From the UHGV virus genome UHGV-0797471: a stretch of DNA of 42,236 bases. One strand, 5' to 3'. Positions within the stretch are counted from its first letter, which is position 1. The number at the start of each line of letters is the position of its first letter. Position numbers and translations under genes: made by a program. The stretch is from a virus. The notes beneath the pieces are model-generated. The model was not told the DNA's origin, searched no databases, and worked only from the letters and a program-made list of their open reading frames with translations. Positions 9,688 to 20,065 of the stretch are shown here, one piece after another.

Positions 9688-10274
9688 TAGCCGCCCCCCA
9701 GTAATGACGCCACGTTACCCGTGATGCTTTTCAGCAGTGAAGTATCTGGAGGCTTTGTGGTTTTGTTGCCGCTGTTCTGTACCGCCGACGTGCTGGCCCC
9801 TTCCTTCATGTTGGTTTTATCCGCGACGGTAATCTGCTGTGTCCGGGAGATAATGACCTCCCTCAGGGTGAGGACGGCGGACAGGACGTTTTCGGTTGTC
9901 TTGTCCGTCGTCACTTCCAGCGCCCGGATCAACATGTTGCTGTACAGCCGTTTACCGGTTACCACATCGAAGGGGATACGGCTTTCCTGCAGACCCAGTA
10001 GCTCCTGATACGTCTGCTGAGGACTCAGGCCGAGCAGGCTGGTAGCCGTCAGGTTACTGGCAAAATCCAGCAATGCGCCGCCACCGGCGAAACCAACCTC
10101 CATCACCACTTCTGACGGTTTTTTATAGGCATGATCAGCGACAGCGGCCCCGACCTCTACCGGATGCTCTGTTATTTCAAGCATATCTGTATGCTTCTCT
10201 GAAATAACAACACTGGGAACAATCATTCCTATTTTTCTGCTCTGCTGATGAAAAAGTGTAGAGAGAATATCCAC
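9687..10274 (-). CDS. Tail protein downstream of tape measure
   Basis: 195 aa; start abuts tape measure stop. Confidence 0.4.
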   Translation of the reverse strand: MDILSTLFHQQSRKIGMIVPSVVISEKHTDMLEITEHPVEVGAAVADHAYKKPSEVVMEVGFAGGGALLDFASNLTATSLLGLSPQQTYQELLGLQESRIPFDVVTGKRLYSNMLIRALEVTTDKTTENVLSAVLTLREVIISRTQQITVADKTNMKEGASTSAVQNSGNKTTKPPDTSLLKSITGNVASLLGGG

Positions 10275-12280
10275 TAACCCACCCTCACCTGATTACTTCG
10301 CATGACCTGAGCATTTGCAGACTGTTGCCGACGTGCAACCTCATTACCGACAGCGTGCGGATCTCCGCCACCGTAAATGTGGTAGGTATTTTGCTGGTTA
10401 ACCTCTGTCACTTTGCCACTAATTCCCGCCACGGCAGCCTTATTAATCAGCTCTCGAGAATAGATATTTCTTCCATTCTCATGCTGGATAATGCTGCTCA
10501 TCAATGCTGACATGGTTTGCGGATCGCTCATATTCAGGGCAGCCCGGGGATCCACTCCCAGTCGTTGCGATACAGCCCTGATATACGCTGTTGTGTTGTT
10601 ATTATCAGACGCAGGTGCCCAGGTAGAGATAATTTTCTCCACACTGTTTATTCCCCGTCCGGCGTACAGCATTAACTGACGAGCAAGAGCCCGTAATCCA
10701 TCAAAGGCAGTTTCAAATCTGGCAAATCGCCCGCCCGGGCGTTCAAGAGAAGCCCCTGCCTGACCAGCAAAATTAAGGTTTCCCGGATTGTTATTCCGTT
10801 CTCCTCGTTTCGTAGCCTGTGCATATTGTTCCGGCTCAGCACCTGGAATATCTGACTGAATATTTGCGCCTTTTACGGTATGAGGATTACGACCAAAATC
10901 GGTATCAATGCCAAGCCAGCGCAATGAATCTCCAATATTTTGTTTCGTGTAATCCCAGGATGACTTCGCACTGGCACCAATATTTTCGCGATCAGAGTAC
11001 AAATACGCAGCATAAGCCATCCAGCCTTTTAACCACGGCGGGACCGGCAAACCTGATATTTTCCCGAAAGCCCCCAGAACCCTGGATACCCAGACACCCG
11101 CGATGAATGTACCAAGGATTTCCAGTGCATTTTGCCAGCCGCCAACACCATCTTTTAGTTCCAGAAGGTGATCACGAAGCCAGGTGATCGCATCCTTCGC
11201 TTTATCTATTGCCGGTTGCCATTTTTCCCAGTCGATAAGACTGTTACCGCCTTCTTTCCATGTTTTGTAGTCTTCCCACAAGAGACCGAGAGCCACGATC
11301 AGACCGGTAATCAGCCCTATAGGTGACATCCAGAAAGTAGAGTTAAGTATCCGCATGGCGACAACCAGACCGCCGATAACCTCTATCAGGGTTTTCGTTT
11401 CGGCATCCAGTTTCCCCCACCACTCGATGATATCTCCGACACCATCGACTATCCGAAATGCTACCCGCCCGACTATCTCACCCAGCCAGAGGATCCCCTT
11501 TATGACCTTTGTGATGGTGACTTCAATTTTGGGAAAATTTTCAATTATCTTTTTGCGCAGGTTATCAATCTGCCCCGCCAGTCCGTCCGCAAGATTCGAT
11601 CCGATTTTGTCCCGCGCCATCCTGGCCATTTCACCGAGCGATTTCAGCGAGGTCATAAACCGGTTTGACGATAAGGCAGCCTGATCGGCATTAAATCCGA
11701 TCGCTTTCACCATTTCTGAATACTGAGCGCTGAACTGCCCCACTCCGCGACGCATAGCCATCAGGGTATTTTCGTCAATGCCCAGCATCTGCGCATACTG
11801 GTTAGCCCGGTAATACGGCATGCTGCTGAGTTTCTGTCCAACGCCCGTAAAGATAGCAGCCATGTCACGCATGTTACCGCTGGCATCACGGGTCTGTACG
11901 CCCAGGCGATTCAGAAAGCCTTCTGCTCCGGGATTGTTACGAATAAACCGGGAGAGGCTTTCCAGAGAAGATCGCGCAGCGTCCACACTGCCGCCAACCT
12001 GCGAAACCGCATAGCCAATAGACTGAATTCCCTGGACCGTCGCGCCGGTGCGCTGTGACGCCCAGTAAAGATTATCCAGGCCGGAGGCGATCTTAGCCGT
12101 GAAGGCCACCACGGACAGCGCAGCCCCTTCAACAGCCAGCCCCATTTTGATGACATTTGCAGTTGTACCGGCGAGGACAGAACCGAACTTTTTCGCTCCT
12201 GCATCATCCACACGGAAGCCAAGCGAGACGAGGAAATCTTTAATAGTTTCAGCGTTCATTATCCTCTCTCCATTTCTCAA
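10274..12280 (-). CDS. Tail tape measure protein
   Basis: 668 aa; Ala/Gly-rich helical N-terminus with hydrophobic segments; sits after tube and chaperone. Confidence 0.7.
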   Translation of the reverse strand: MRNGERIMNAETIKDFLVSLGFRVDDAGAKKFGSVLAGTTANVIKMGLAVEGAALSVVAFTAKIASGLDNLYWASQRTGATVQGIQSIGYAVSQVGGSVDAARSSLESLSRFIRNNPGAEGFLNRLGVQTRDASGNMRDMAAIFTGVGQKLSSMPYYRANQYAQMLGIDENTLMAMRRGVGQFSAQYSEMVKAIGFNADQAALSSNRFMTSLKSLGEMARMARDKIGSNLADGLAGQIDNLRKKIIENFPKIEVTITKVIKGILWLGEIVGRVAFRIVDGVGDIIEWWGKLDAETKTLIEVIGGLVVAMRILNSTFWMSPIGLITGLIVALGLLWEDYKTWKEGGNSLIDWEKWQPAIDKAKDAITWLRDHLLELKDGVGGWQNALEILGTFIAGVWVSRVLGAFGKISGLPVPPWLKGWMAYAAYLYSDRENIGASAKSSWDYTKQNIGDSLRWLGIDTDFGRNPHTVKGANIQSDIPGAEPEQYAQATKRGERNNNPGNLNFAGQAGASLERPGGRFARFETAFDGLRALARQLMLYAGRGINSVEKIISTWAPASDNNNTTAYIRAVSQRLGVDPRAALNMSDPQTMSALMSSIIQHENGRNIYSRELINKAAVAGISGKVTEVNQQNTYHIYGGGDPHAVGNEVARRQQSANAQVMRSNQVRVG

Positions 12281-12436
12281 TGCGTCGCTGGTTATCCGCT
12301 TTTACCGCCAGATGGTCATTCAAGAGAGCAATGTCATACAAATCGACAGAGCCATCTTTAAGTGCTGTATAAGGAATTAACCCGGCGTCAACCGGATTGA
12401 GAAGGTAGGACAGCCCGTCCGGCAGGCTGTTAAACG

Positions 12437-12889
12437 TCAGCCCTGTTGCAGGCTCTGCGTCGTGCTGGTAAGGGGTGTAGGCAAAAAATTTCCCAGCGAA
12501 TCGGCGACCACCCGCGCCACCAGCTGCAGCATGACCAGCAAGTCAATATCATCAAACATCAGTTCGCCCTGGGTAAATACCGGCACCCATCCGTCCATAT
12601 GACGCCGCGATACCACCGCAAGACAGGGATGAATAATCGCATCGGTGTCATCTTCGGTCAGGGAAGACAGTTCCTCAGCGATACGCGGGAGCATGGTTTC
12701 AAACACCGGTTTTAACTGTTCGAATTTCACGGTGTCGATTTTGCCGTCAGCAGGCAAACGGGAGCGAATACTCCCGAAATCTGACATCATTCCTGCCAGC
12801 ACCGGCAGAAGTTTGCGGGTCACTTTCAGCTGGTCAAAAACGCTGAGTTTTGCCGTGCGATATTTCACGCCTTTAATTTCGAATTCCAT
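12437..12889 (-). CDS. Tail assembly chaperone (G-like), possible -1 frameshift extension
   Basis: 150 aa between tube and tape measure; slippery heptamer A_AAT_TTT at 12485-12491 (minus strand) opens a -1 frame running to 12358. Confidence 0.5.
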   Translation of the reverse strand: MEFEIKGVKYRTAKLSVFDQLKVTRKLLPVLAGMMSDFGSIRSRLPADGKIDTVKFEQLKPVFETMLPRIAEELSSLTEDDTDAIIHPCLAVVSRRHMDGWVPVFTQGELMFDDIDLLVMLQLVARVVADSLGNFLPTPLTSTTQSLQQG

Positions 12890-12892
12890 GCA

Positions 12893-13333
12893 TTAAAACT
12901 CCCCGAGAACCTGGTCAATCTTGCCGCAGTCAAACACCCACGGCATCGTATTACCGGTTTTAGCGTTGGCGTTATCCGGTTGTTTCTGGAACGCAACACT
13001 GCGTGCCGTGATGATGTCGCCGCTGACCTTGTTGCGGATAACGATAACGTTATTCCCCCATGTGGCAGAAGACTGGCTCTGTGCGTTATACGCCAGCGAC
13101 AATTTTTTATTTGTCGGTGATGTCTTCAGAAGGTTAACGGTAATCGTCCCGCTTTTATCTGCATGGAGGCTGTGCATCACTTCACCATCAGCACCGATGG
13201 TCATGGTGTTTTTAGGACCGCCCATCGCAACCACAATCCCCTCTTCAGAACTTGCCGAACCGTACCCGAGGTCAATCGAACCGGTCGGCCCGGTCAGCGT
13301 CGCAGTGACATCCATAAAAGAATAGGTAGACAT
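12893..13333 (-). CDS. Tail tube protein
   Basis: 146 aa immediately downstream of the sheath gene. Confidence 0.6.
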   Translation of the reverse strand: MSTYSFMDVTATLTGPTGSIDLGYGSASSEEGIVVAMGGPKNTMTIGADGEVMHSLHADKSGTITVNLLKTSPTNKKLSLAYNAQSQSSATWGNNVIVIRNKVSGDIITARSVAFQKQPDNANAKTGNTMPWVFDCGKIDQVLGEF

Positions 13334-13343
13334 TCACTTCCCC

Positions 13344-14489
13344 TTAGCGAACAACGTTAATCTGTACGTCAGCGTAATGAACCGCGCCTGCAAGTTTTAT
13401 TGCAGCCTGAATCACCGGAGCCTTACGGGCTTCACGTTCTGATTGTGCCTGTTCATCCAGCGGCTGGGCGTATACGTAATAACCTTTGGGCAGCGTGTCA
13501 CCTGATGACAACTGGCCAAGGTCGCCACCGTTCCATACGCCCGGAGCAATCAGTCCATTCTGAACGGCCTGATCCAGTGATTTTTCAACATTTGATAACA
13601 GTCGGGTAATACCGGCTTCAGTCTGGGGAACCTTCGTGGTGCTGGTATAAAGCAGGTTATAGAGGTTGGTCTGCACATAATTCTGTAACCAGTCCAGGCC
13701 GTGGCGTTCATCAAAGAAATCGCCGTTAGCCATCACTCCCTGCTGGAGGATAGCTGTATCATTCTGGTAGTACACGAACACATTGCAGTTTTTTGCATCA
13801 AGTGCCGATGCCTGGCTGACTGTCAGTGTTTCATACCCGACACCCGGCTCCTGCTTAAACTTGAGCGTAATCGCGGTATTACTGCCATTGAAATTAACCG
13901 TGAATGCCCGGCCAAATGCAGATAACGCAGCGAATTTATTACCCGATGAATATTGTATAAAACTGCGTGAATATCCGGCGCTTTTCAGTTTTGATGCCAA
14001 ATCATCTCTGGATGCAGTCTGCAGGCATTTCTCATCGCTTGTCGTAATCGCCAGAATACGGCTTACAGAAGAGGATTCGATCGCCGCAGCCACTTTCAGC
14101 CAGTCTGCATCCGGAATATCTGCATCGTCTGCAATCCCCAGCCCATACCATGAAGTATAATCAAGCATGGCATTCACAGCCTGCTCCAGCGTCTCAGGCG
14201 TGGCCTGTTCGCTGTCTCCCTTCGTTTTCACCCAACGACCAACAAAAACCTCCTGAGGTTTCGGTGATTGTGAGAAAAACACCTGCGCAGCTTTATATTC
14301 TGGTGATTCCACGCCAAAATCTTTTCCAATATCTTCCGCGGCAGAATAACGGCGAATGCGCTCACTTACCGGAATGATTGTGGACGGGCCGAGAATGAGT
14401 AATGCACCAAAATTTCGCCCTGATGCTGCACGCGGCGACATGATCACATCAACATTAACAACGTTTGATACAGGCAAGCCCTGTGCCAT
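13344..14489 (-). CDS. Tail sheath protein
   Basis: 381 aa, upstream of tube, typical sheath-tube pairing. Confidence 0.65.
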   Translation of the reverse strand: MAQGLPVSNVVNVDVIMSPRAASGRNFGALLILGPSTIIPVSERIRRYSAAEDIGKDFGVESPEYKAAQVFFSQSPKPQEVFVGRWVKTKGDSEQATPETLEQAVNAMLDYTSWYGLGIADDADIPDADWLKVAAAIESSSVSRILAITTSDEKCLQTASRDDLASKLKSAGYSRSFIQYSSGNKFAALSAFGRAFTVNFNGSNTAITLKFKQEPGVGYETLTVSQASALDAKNCNVFVYYQNDTAILQQGVMANGDFFDERHGLDWLQNYVQTNLYNLLYTSTTKVPQTEAGITRLLSNVEKSLDQAVQNGLIAPGVWNGGDLGQLSSGDTLPKGYYVYAQPLDEQAQSEREARKAPVIQAAIKLAGAVHYADVQINVVR

Positions 14490-14492
14490 AGC

Positions 14493-15059
14493 TTAATCTC
14501 CGAAAAAGATGACTGGTGCTTCCACCAGCGATTTAATACCGTACTCGCGCACAACCTTCCGGCGCAGGCGCACCGTCATATCGTAGCGGCGGACCCATTG
14601 CTGATTAATAAGTTCAGGGAAGGGAGTCAGACCTGTGTAATCGCCAAGAGACAGCCCCAGCGCATTCAGTGCTGCATTGTTCTGCGGCACAGATATACCG
14701 TCACGAAACCGGGACGCATACACCATCCCCGCCGGTCCATAAAACGAAGCCATACACTCAATCGTTTCATGCCGCCAGAGCTGAGAGCCATCATCGGTCT
14801 GTCTGGTGAATGCCGGACTGTCATCACCTGACCATCCGATAACCCCAAACGCACACCAGTTCGTTTCAACCGGTAGCAGTGGCGGCTGCTCTTTCTGCCA
14901 GCGCGGGCGAACCATCCCGGCAGACAGGCCGGAAACGTTACGCATCCACTGGCTTAACAGCCTGTCGAGCGCTTCGTCATAATCCGGATCGCCACTGGTT
15001 GGTATTAACCATCCGCGCTCTGTACTGGTGTTATTGCTCAACCGGAGTTCCCCCATCAA
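14493..15059 (-). CDS. Head-tail joining / tail completion protein
   Basis: Position between connector genes and sheath. Confidence 0.4.
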   Translation of the reverse strand: MMGELRLSNNTSTERGWLIPTSGDPDYDEALDRLLSQWMRNVSGLSAGMVRPRWQKEQPPLLPVETNWCAFGVIGWSGDDSPAFTRQTDDGSQLWRHETIECMASFYGPAGMVYASRFRDGISVPQNNAALNALGLSLGDYTGLTPFPELINQQWVRRYDMTVRLRRKVVREYGIKSLVEAPVIFFGD

Positions 15060-15420
15060 ACGGCATCAACTCACAATGCGCCTGAACGAATCCGGCACCA
15101 TACGCTGTATACGGGTCGACGAAAGTCACACGATAATCACGGCCCTGATACGTCACGATATCGGCATCACGGCCAGTCTGTCCCTGTGTCAGTCGCTCAG
15201 TCGTCACAATCAGAATTGCACCACTGATTACCTGCCCGGCCTGCATACGACGGTTTTCCAGAGAGCGATCAACAGTTACGACTCCGGCAAACTGCTTTTT
15301 AACTTCACTGTCGCTGCCGATCCCGTCCTCATCCACCGTTTGCACTCGGCGTGTTACCCACAAATTGAAGCCGCAAAAATCGGGGTCAAAAAGCACATCT
15401 GTTACATCAAGAGTCGGCAT
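15031..15420 (-). CDS. Head-tail connector protein
   Basis: 129 aa, overlapping neighbours in late operon. Confidence 0.4.
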   Translation of the reverse strand: MPTLDVTDVLFDPDFCGFNLWVTRRVQTVDEDGIGSDSEVKKQFAGVVTVDRSLENRRMQAGQVISGAILIVTTERLTQGQTGRDADIVTYQGRDYRVTFVDPYTAYGAGFVQAHCELMPFDGGTPVEQ

Positions 15421-15961
15421 CTTTATCCCTCACTACATGGGTAATAGCTCTGCGATATTGCCCGGTGTCAATTAATGGTTTCGCCAGATCGGTTCCGGGA
15501 GATTCGCCAGCAACACGCCGGGCAAGTTCCAGTGTTGCCCCCTTGCGCCCCCGACGAGCCCGGGCTTCAACAGTGCTGTCAGCAAGCGGCGTAAAGCCGG
15601 TAATAGTCATGTAACGCCTGACGCCATTAGCGGCCAGCGTTCCGGCACGGTTGAGTGCGCGTTCTGCTCCCGCAGCATTACCATCAAGAGCAGCCTGCGC
15701 CGCGGTTTTGAGCTGCGGCACCGTCTGCTCTTCTGCCGATTTAACGCCGGGGACCAGGTGAGGTCGTGGCGGGATGTTCTGCTCTGGTGAGCCGTATTCG
15801 TTGAGGTAACCGATGCCCGCATTACCAAACGGAACATCATCCCGCCCGCTGTCTTCCGAAGGGATGCCGACCAGCACATCTTTTTTGGTTAACGACCTGA
15901 GCGCATCCAGAATGGCCTTAGCGTTATCCACCCTCGTTGTTACACCGCTTTTGAAACTCAT
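15407..15961 (-). CDS. Virion morphogenesis / connector protein
   Basis: 184 aa, Ala/Arg-rich; late operon position. Confidence 0.4.
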   Translation of the reverse strand: MSFKSGVTTRVDNAKAILDALRSLTKKDVLVGIPSEDSGRDDVPFGNAGIGYLNEYGSPEQNIPPRPHLVPGVKSAEEQTVPQLKTAAQAALDGNAAGAERALNRAGTLAANGVRRYMTITGFTPLADSTVEARARRGRKGATLELARRVAGESPGTDLAKPLIDTGQYRRAITHVVRDKDADS

Positions 15962-16365
15962 AGCTGGCGACCGCCTGCACCGAACATCGTGATCAACTGA
16001 TAAAATTCAGCGCCATATCGGGTGTTATTCCAGAAACCTGCATCAGGATTCAGCGTCGCGCTGGTGTCATAGCTGACGCTTACCTTGTCAACGGACTTTG
16101 AGGACTGAACACCATTGGTTGAACCGCCCGGCCCGCCAGCCAGCATCGCCCGGCTGTCTGCCGCCCAGAGCGTCATGTAGTGTGCAACGAACAATCCGGC
16201 AAAATACGGAAACAACTTTTTGCCGGTGACGTTTTCGCTCAGCAGTTCATCGGCCAGATTCAGACGAAACTGGATTTGCGCTTCGGGATATTTGGCAGGG
16301 TCAGCAAACTGCGGGAAGTCGCGGCGAAAATCACTTACCGCTGGCAGATTTTGATTCTTTGGCAT
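15958..16365 (-). CDS. Head-tail adaptor-like protein
   Basis: 135 aa downstream of capsid genes. Confidence 0.4.
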   Translation of the reverse strand: MPKNQNLPAVSDFRRDFPQFADPAKYPEAQIQFRLNLADELLSENVTGKKLFPYFAGLFVAHYMTLWAADSRAMLAGGPGGSTNGVQSSKSVDKVSVSYDTSATLNPDAGFWNNTRYGAEFYQLITMFGAGGRQL

Positions 16366-16552
16366 TTTTTACCTCGTTACGCGCGTCTGTGGCTTTGCCA
16401 ACGGATACTTCCGCGTGCGCACGAGTGAACCAGTGCGTGGCAACGTCTTCCTCCACAGCATGACGGCCTTTAACAAACTCGCGCCGTGAACCGTCGGGAA
16501 GCGTGAGCACAAACGGGGTATGTACGTGTATTACTGCATTATTTTTTGCCAT
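16331..16552 (-). CDS. Small head-associated protein
   Basis: 73 aa ORF tightly following major capsid gene. Confidence 0.35.
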   Translation of the reverse strand: MAKNNAVIHVHTPFVLTLPDGSRREFVKGRHAVEEDVATHWFTRAHAEVSVGKATDARNEVKNAKESKSASGK

Positions 16553-16593
16553 CGGGTCATCCTTAATGGCCCCGCCAGGGGGCCATGTGGCTG

Positions 16594-17535
16594 TTAAATG
16601 CCATCAACGTACGAAATGGTTTCTTTGTACACTGGCTCAACCGCACCCAGCTTGCCGTAGTAAGTGACGATCTGATACAGACCGCGATACTGCACCGGCA
16701 CGCTCTGAAGCGGAACCAGCGGGTAGCGAACGTATTTTTTATCGTTGGTGTACGCAACCATGCGATCCTTTTTCCTCACACCACGGCCTTTCAGCCATTT
16801 AACCGCGCGGATATTCAGCGGAACACCGTTCTGGTGATAGCTGATGGTGTTGGTCTGAAGATACGTCAACAGGGACTGGTTACCCGCAGATGAAACGATG
16901 ATGCTGGACAACAGAGCAAACTGCTCAGGCGGGATCAGCAAATCACGCGGAACCACAGAGTAACCGGAAGCGGCCCACGCATCAGACAGCACCTGGTTAA
17001 TGCTTGCGCGGATTTCGTCCGGTGTTGAGGTTGCCCACGTTTTGGCAGCGTTGTTGACAGGCACGCCGTCCAGGGTAACAAGGCCTTTCAGGTTTAATGC
17101 GGAATCGCCAACATATACCTGTTCATCGTTATCCATCTGCCATTTCAGTTGCATACCGTCATACTTCTGCGTATCAATCGGGCGGCCGACCTGCTGAGCA
17201 GCCTGCAATTCTATGACCGTCCAGCCAAGTTCCATCCCCCACAGGTTCAGCGGGTTACCGGATTTGCCGATATCCACGTTCACGCCAGCAATAGCGGTTG
17301 AGTCTTTGCCTACCCAGTTTTTGCCATTCGGATTTGCACCAGTACCCGCAGCGGCGAAGCTGGTATTCGTCCAGCTGGAAATGTCATCTGCGATAGAGAC
17401 ATCTTCACGCAACTGAATATCGCGGGTCCAGGTGTACCCCACCAGTGGCAGGTTCAGCGTCTGGTCGAGTCGCTCCAGCTCCCCGATGAGAAAGGCACCA
17501 GAGCTGTCAACGGTTGCCTGATCAAAAGTAATCAT
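16594..17535 (-). CDS. Major capsid protein
   Basis: 313 aa, follows scaffold/protease and decoration-like genes; typical size and order. Confidence 0.6.
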   Translation of the reverse strand: MITFDQATVDSSGAFLIGELERLDQTLNLPLVGYTWTRDIQLREDVSIADDISSWTNTSFAAAGTGANPNGKNWVGKDSTAIAGVNVDIGKSGNPLNLWGMELGWTVIELQAAQQVGRPIDTQKYDGMQLKWQMDNDEQVYVGDSALNLKGLVTLDGVPVNNAAKTWATSTPDEIRASINQVLSDAWAASGYSVVPRDLLIPPEQFALLSSIIVSSAGNQSLLTYLQTNTISYHQNGVPLNIRAVKWLKGRGVRKKDRMVAYTNDKKYVRYPLVPLQSVPVQYRGLYQIVTYYGKLGAVEPVYKETISYVDGI

Positions 17536-17546
17536 TCGTCTGTTCC

Positions 17547-18053
17547 TTAAATCTTCCAGGAAATTTCTGCATTGCCGTCAGCATCACCGGCACCTGTGAA
17601 TTCAGCGTTGGTCAGCACCACATTTTTGCCACTGACTGACGTGGACATGAATCCCCCCAGCGGCACTTTGATGGATTCATCAGTGGAGACGACAACGTAT
17701 ACCGGGTCGCCTTTTTTGATGGTGCTGGCATCAAAATCAGAACCGAGATTAACAGTCACGTAGCCACGCTTCATGGCGTCGCCCGGGAAGTTCTTGCCTG
17801 TTCCCACCTGGCGAACCATGTCCGGCTGCGACGTGGTCGGATAAGGGCGCACGTAGATCCCCTTTACCTTGTCTGCGGTATCACCATCTGCCAGCGGCAC
17901 GAAAAAACCGTCATCATCGTATTTACCAGCCAGGCCATAGGCAGCGAAGGCGTTATCGGATTTAAGGACCACCGGTTCGACGGTTAAGTCCTGCGGGCGA
18001 GAGACAGCCCCGGCAATGCCAACAGGCATCCGGTACAGAAATACATTATTCAT
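17547..18053 (-). CDS. Head structural/decoration-like protein
   Basis: 168 aa between scaffold and capsid genes. Confidence 0.4.
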   Translation of the reverse strand: MNNVFLYRMPVGIAGAVSRPQDLTVEPVVLKSDNAFAAYGLAGKYDDDGFFVPLADGDTADKVKGIYVRPYPTTSQPDMVRQVGTGKNFPGDAMKRGYVTVNLGSDFDASTIKKGDPVYVVVSTDESIKVPLGGFMSTSVSGKNVVLTNAEFTGAGDADGNAEISWKI

Positions 18054-18056
18054 TTT

Positions 18057-19277
18057 TTACCCTTTACGGTTTGCCCAGAATTCAGCGTTTTGTTTGTTCA
18101 GGGAAGCGATACTGGTCATGCCCATGTTTAGGCGCTGTGCATCGCCGGTGGTGGCGCGGGTGTTTCGCCCTTTGGCAATCTCAGACACGGCATTAAACGC
18201 CATGTCGACCGATTGTTTCGGCAATTTGCGGATATCCGCATCACCGACAATCTGGCGAACCAGCGTTTTATCTGCGGAAGCCAGAACCTCGCGTTTGAAC
18301 TCGGTCGGTTTCATCTTACGGCTCAGATCGATACCCGGAACGATAACTTCGGCACGCCAGGCTGAGTCACCAGTAATCGTGGTTTCCTCTTCATCGTCCT
18401 CGCCGTCACCGGTCGGATTATCGTCAGGCTTATTATCGTTATCGCCCGTGGCATTTCCTTCCAGCTTAGCCAGCAGGGCTTTCAGTAATGTTTTGAGGTC
18501 ATCATCACTGTCGCCGGTTGGACCTCCACCCATCTCTGGTGCTTTGTCCGGTAGTGGTTGCTGCGGGGACAGGTTGATGTTGAGATTAACGCCCTGCGGC
18601 AAATCCCCCTCATCTCCTGTAACCGATGCGGGAGCCGACTCCACCAGTTCGTTCATGGTGTCGGCATCTCCTGTCTTGATGGCTGCACGCATGCGGTTCC
18701 ACCAGTTTTTCTTTTGATTTGCCATTGTGTCTCTGTCTCCAATTGCACAACGATTTCCGGCTCTGCCTTTGGGGACAAGAGCCACATGGTTTCCGGTAAT
18801 ATCGACCTGCCCGGCTTTACCTGGCTCGGTCTGCTCGTACTCCGCGTCATAGCCGCACGACACTTCTCGCAGGCCATCTTCGATAAGCTGAATGGCGTTT
18901 TCGTCTTTGACGATAAGGTCAGCCAGCATCAAATCAGACTGCTCACCCGTCCCGCGCCGGACATTCTGGAGGTGCCCGACAGCAAGCTCTTTCCAGTTCT
19001 CGGGATTTACCAGCCGCACATTCCCGTTTTCATCTTCAGGATGCAGGATCGTGATGCTCATCCCTTCGAATGAGGCGAGCGTGGCCGGATGGAATACCTG
19101 CTCAGGAGAACGCGTGACGACTATTTCACCGAACTTATCGGGTTTCAGTTTTGGCAGGTCATCAGCACCATAGAGCTGCTTACCTGTTCGTCCTATCGGC
19201 ACGTCTTTGCACAGCAACGAGCCGTCAGCCAGCTGATAGCGGGTTTCCCCCAGCCGGGTATTGAAAAAATATTTCAT
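18057..19277 (-). CDS. Prohead protease / scaffold protein
   Basis: 406 aa with acidic low-complexity C-terminal half (GDSDDD, DDEEE), typical of scaffold/protease fusions. Confidence 0.5.
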   Translation of the reverse strand: MKYFFNTRLGETRYQLADGSLLCKDVPIGRTGKQLYGADDLPKLKPDKFGEIVVTRSPEQVFHPATLASFEGMSITILHPEDENGNVRLVNPENWKELAVGHLQNVRRGTGEQSDLMLADLIVKDENAIQLIEDGLREVSCGYDAEYEQTEPGKAGQVDITGNHVALVPKGRAGNRCAIGDRDTMANQKKNWWNRMRAAIKTGDADTMNELVESAPASVTGDEGDLPQGVNLNINLSPQQPLPDKAPEMGGGPTGDSDDDLKTLLKALLAKLEGNATGDNDNKPDDNPTGDGEDDEEETTITGDSAWRAEVIVPGIDLSRKMKPTEFKREVLASADKTLVRQIVGDADIRKLPKQSVDMAFNAVSEIAKGRNTRATTGDAQRLNMGMTSIASLNKQNAEFWANRKG

Positions 19278-19291
19278 GTGTTACCTGCGAT

Positions 19292-20065
19292 TCAGGCGGG
19301 ATAAGAATGGGAGGTGGGAAAAACGATTTCTTTATAACAGCGGCAATTCGGGAGCTCGCCAGCGTGACCGGTCATGCCATCAAGCGTTGGAGGTTTGCCC
19401 CATTCGACAAATTTACCTTCCATTTCCCGATGAGAATGCCTGACGTCACCATCTTCGGCTGTACGCCAGATATAACCATTCGAACCAATTGCCAGCGCAC
19501 GCGCCTGATCCAGCGCGCCGGTTGCACGTCCAAGTTCAGTACGGGCAATCAGGTCAGCTCTGGACTTTGCTATATCACCCGATGCGGCTATTTCTTTAGC
19601 AAAATGTTCCGCTCTCCCACCGGTCACAACAGCTTCAATCGCCCGATTCTGGATGTCGTACACCCTGTCAGCCGCCTCGAGGGGTAGCGATTTAATGTAC
19701 TTAACCTGTTCAGCAACGATGGATTTCATCACCTGCCCTGGCGGGGCACTGTTTACCAGATTGCGTAGCTCACGGCTGATGGTTTTGCTGTGTTTACGCC
19801 ACTGCTCATCATTCTTGCGCACAATATCGGCGGTAAAGTTTTCCGCGACCTTTGTCGCCCAGGGGGTGATGATTTCACTGTAGCGCTCCAGCGCCTCAAT
19901 AATTTCCGTGATACTGTCATTTGAACCATCGTAGTGACCATTTACGATGTCCCCGACCGCCCGCGCTATCCTGCGTAGGCTGGTTCGATACCGGATTTCC
20001 GCCTGACGGTTCCTGCGGTTCGTCATCAGGTTCGCCGATGCCGGGCGGCGCTTCATCTTCGGCAT
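19292..20065 (-). CDS. Head morphogenesis protein (Mu F-like / SPP1 gp7 family)
   Basis: C-terminal motif ...YIWRTAEDGDVRHSHREMEGKFVEWGKPP...ELPNCRCY is characteristic of this family. Confidence 0.65.
   Translation of the reverse strand: MPKMKRRPASANLMTNRRNRQAEIRYRTSLRRIARAVGDIVNGHYDGSNDSITEIIEALERYSEIITPWATKVAENFTADIVRKNDEQWRKHSKTISRELRNLVNSAPPGQVMKSIVAEQVKYIKSLPLEAADRVYDIQNRAIEAVVTGGRAEHFAKEIAASGDIAKSRADLIARTELGRATGALDQARALAIGSNGYIWRTAEDGDVRHSHREMEGKFVEWGKPPTLDGMTGHAGELPNCRCYKEIVFPTSHSYPA

Noticed and set aside
9406-9690. Plus-strand ORFs (94 and 76 aa) opposite the small tail gene
   Set aside because: Antisense to coupled tail genes; no independent support.
12099-12380. Plus-strand 93-aa ORF spanning the chaperone / tape measure junction
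   Set aside because: Antisense to the late operon; the gap is better explained by the -1 frameshift extension of the chaperone.
18016-18717. Plus-strand ORF (233 aa) antisense to the scaffold/protease gene
   Set aside because: Ser/Pro/Arg-rich low-complexity translation typical of the reverse frame of a GC-rich gene; no start context.
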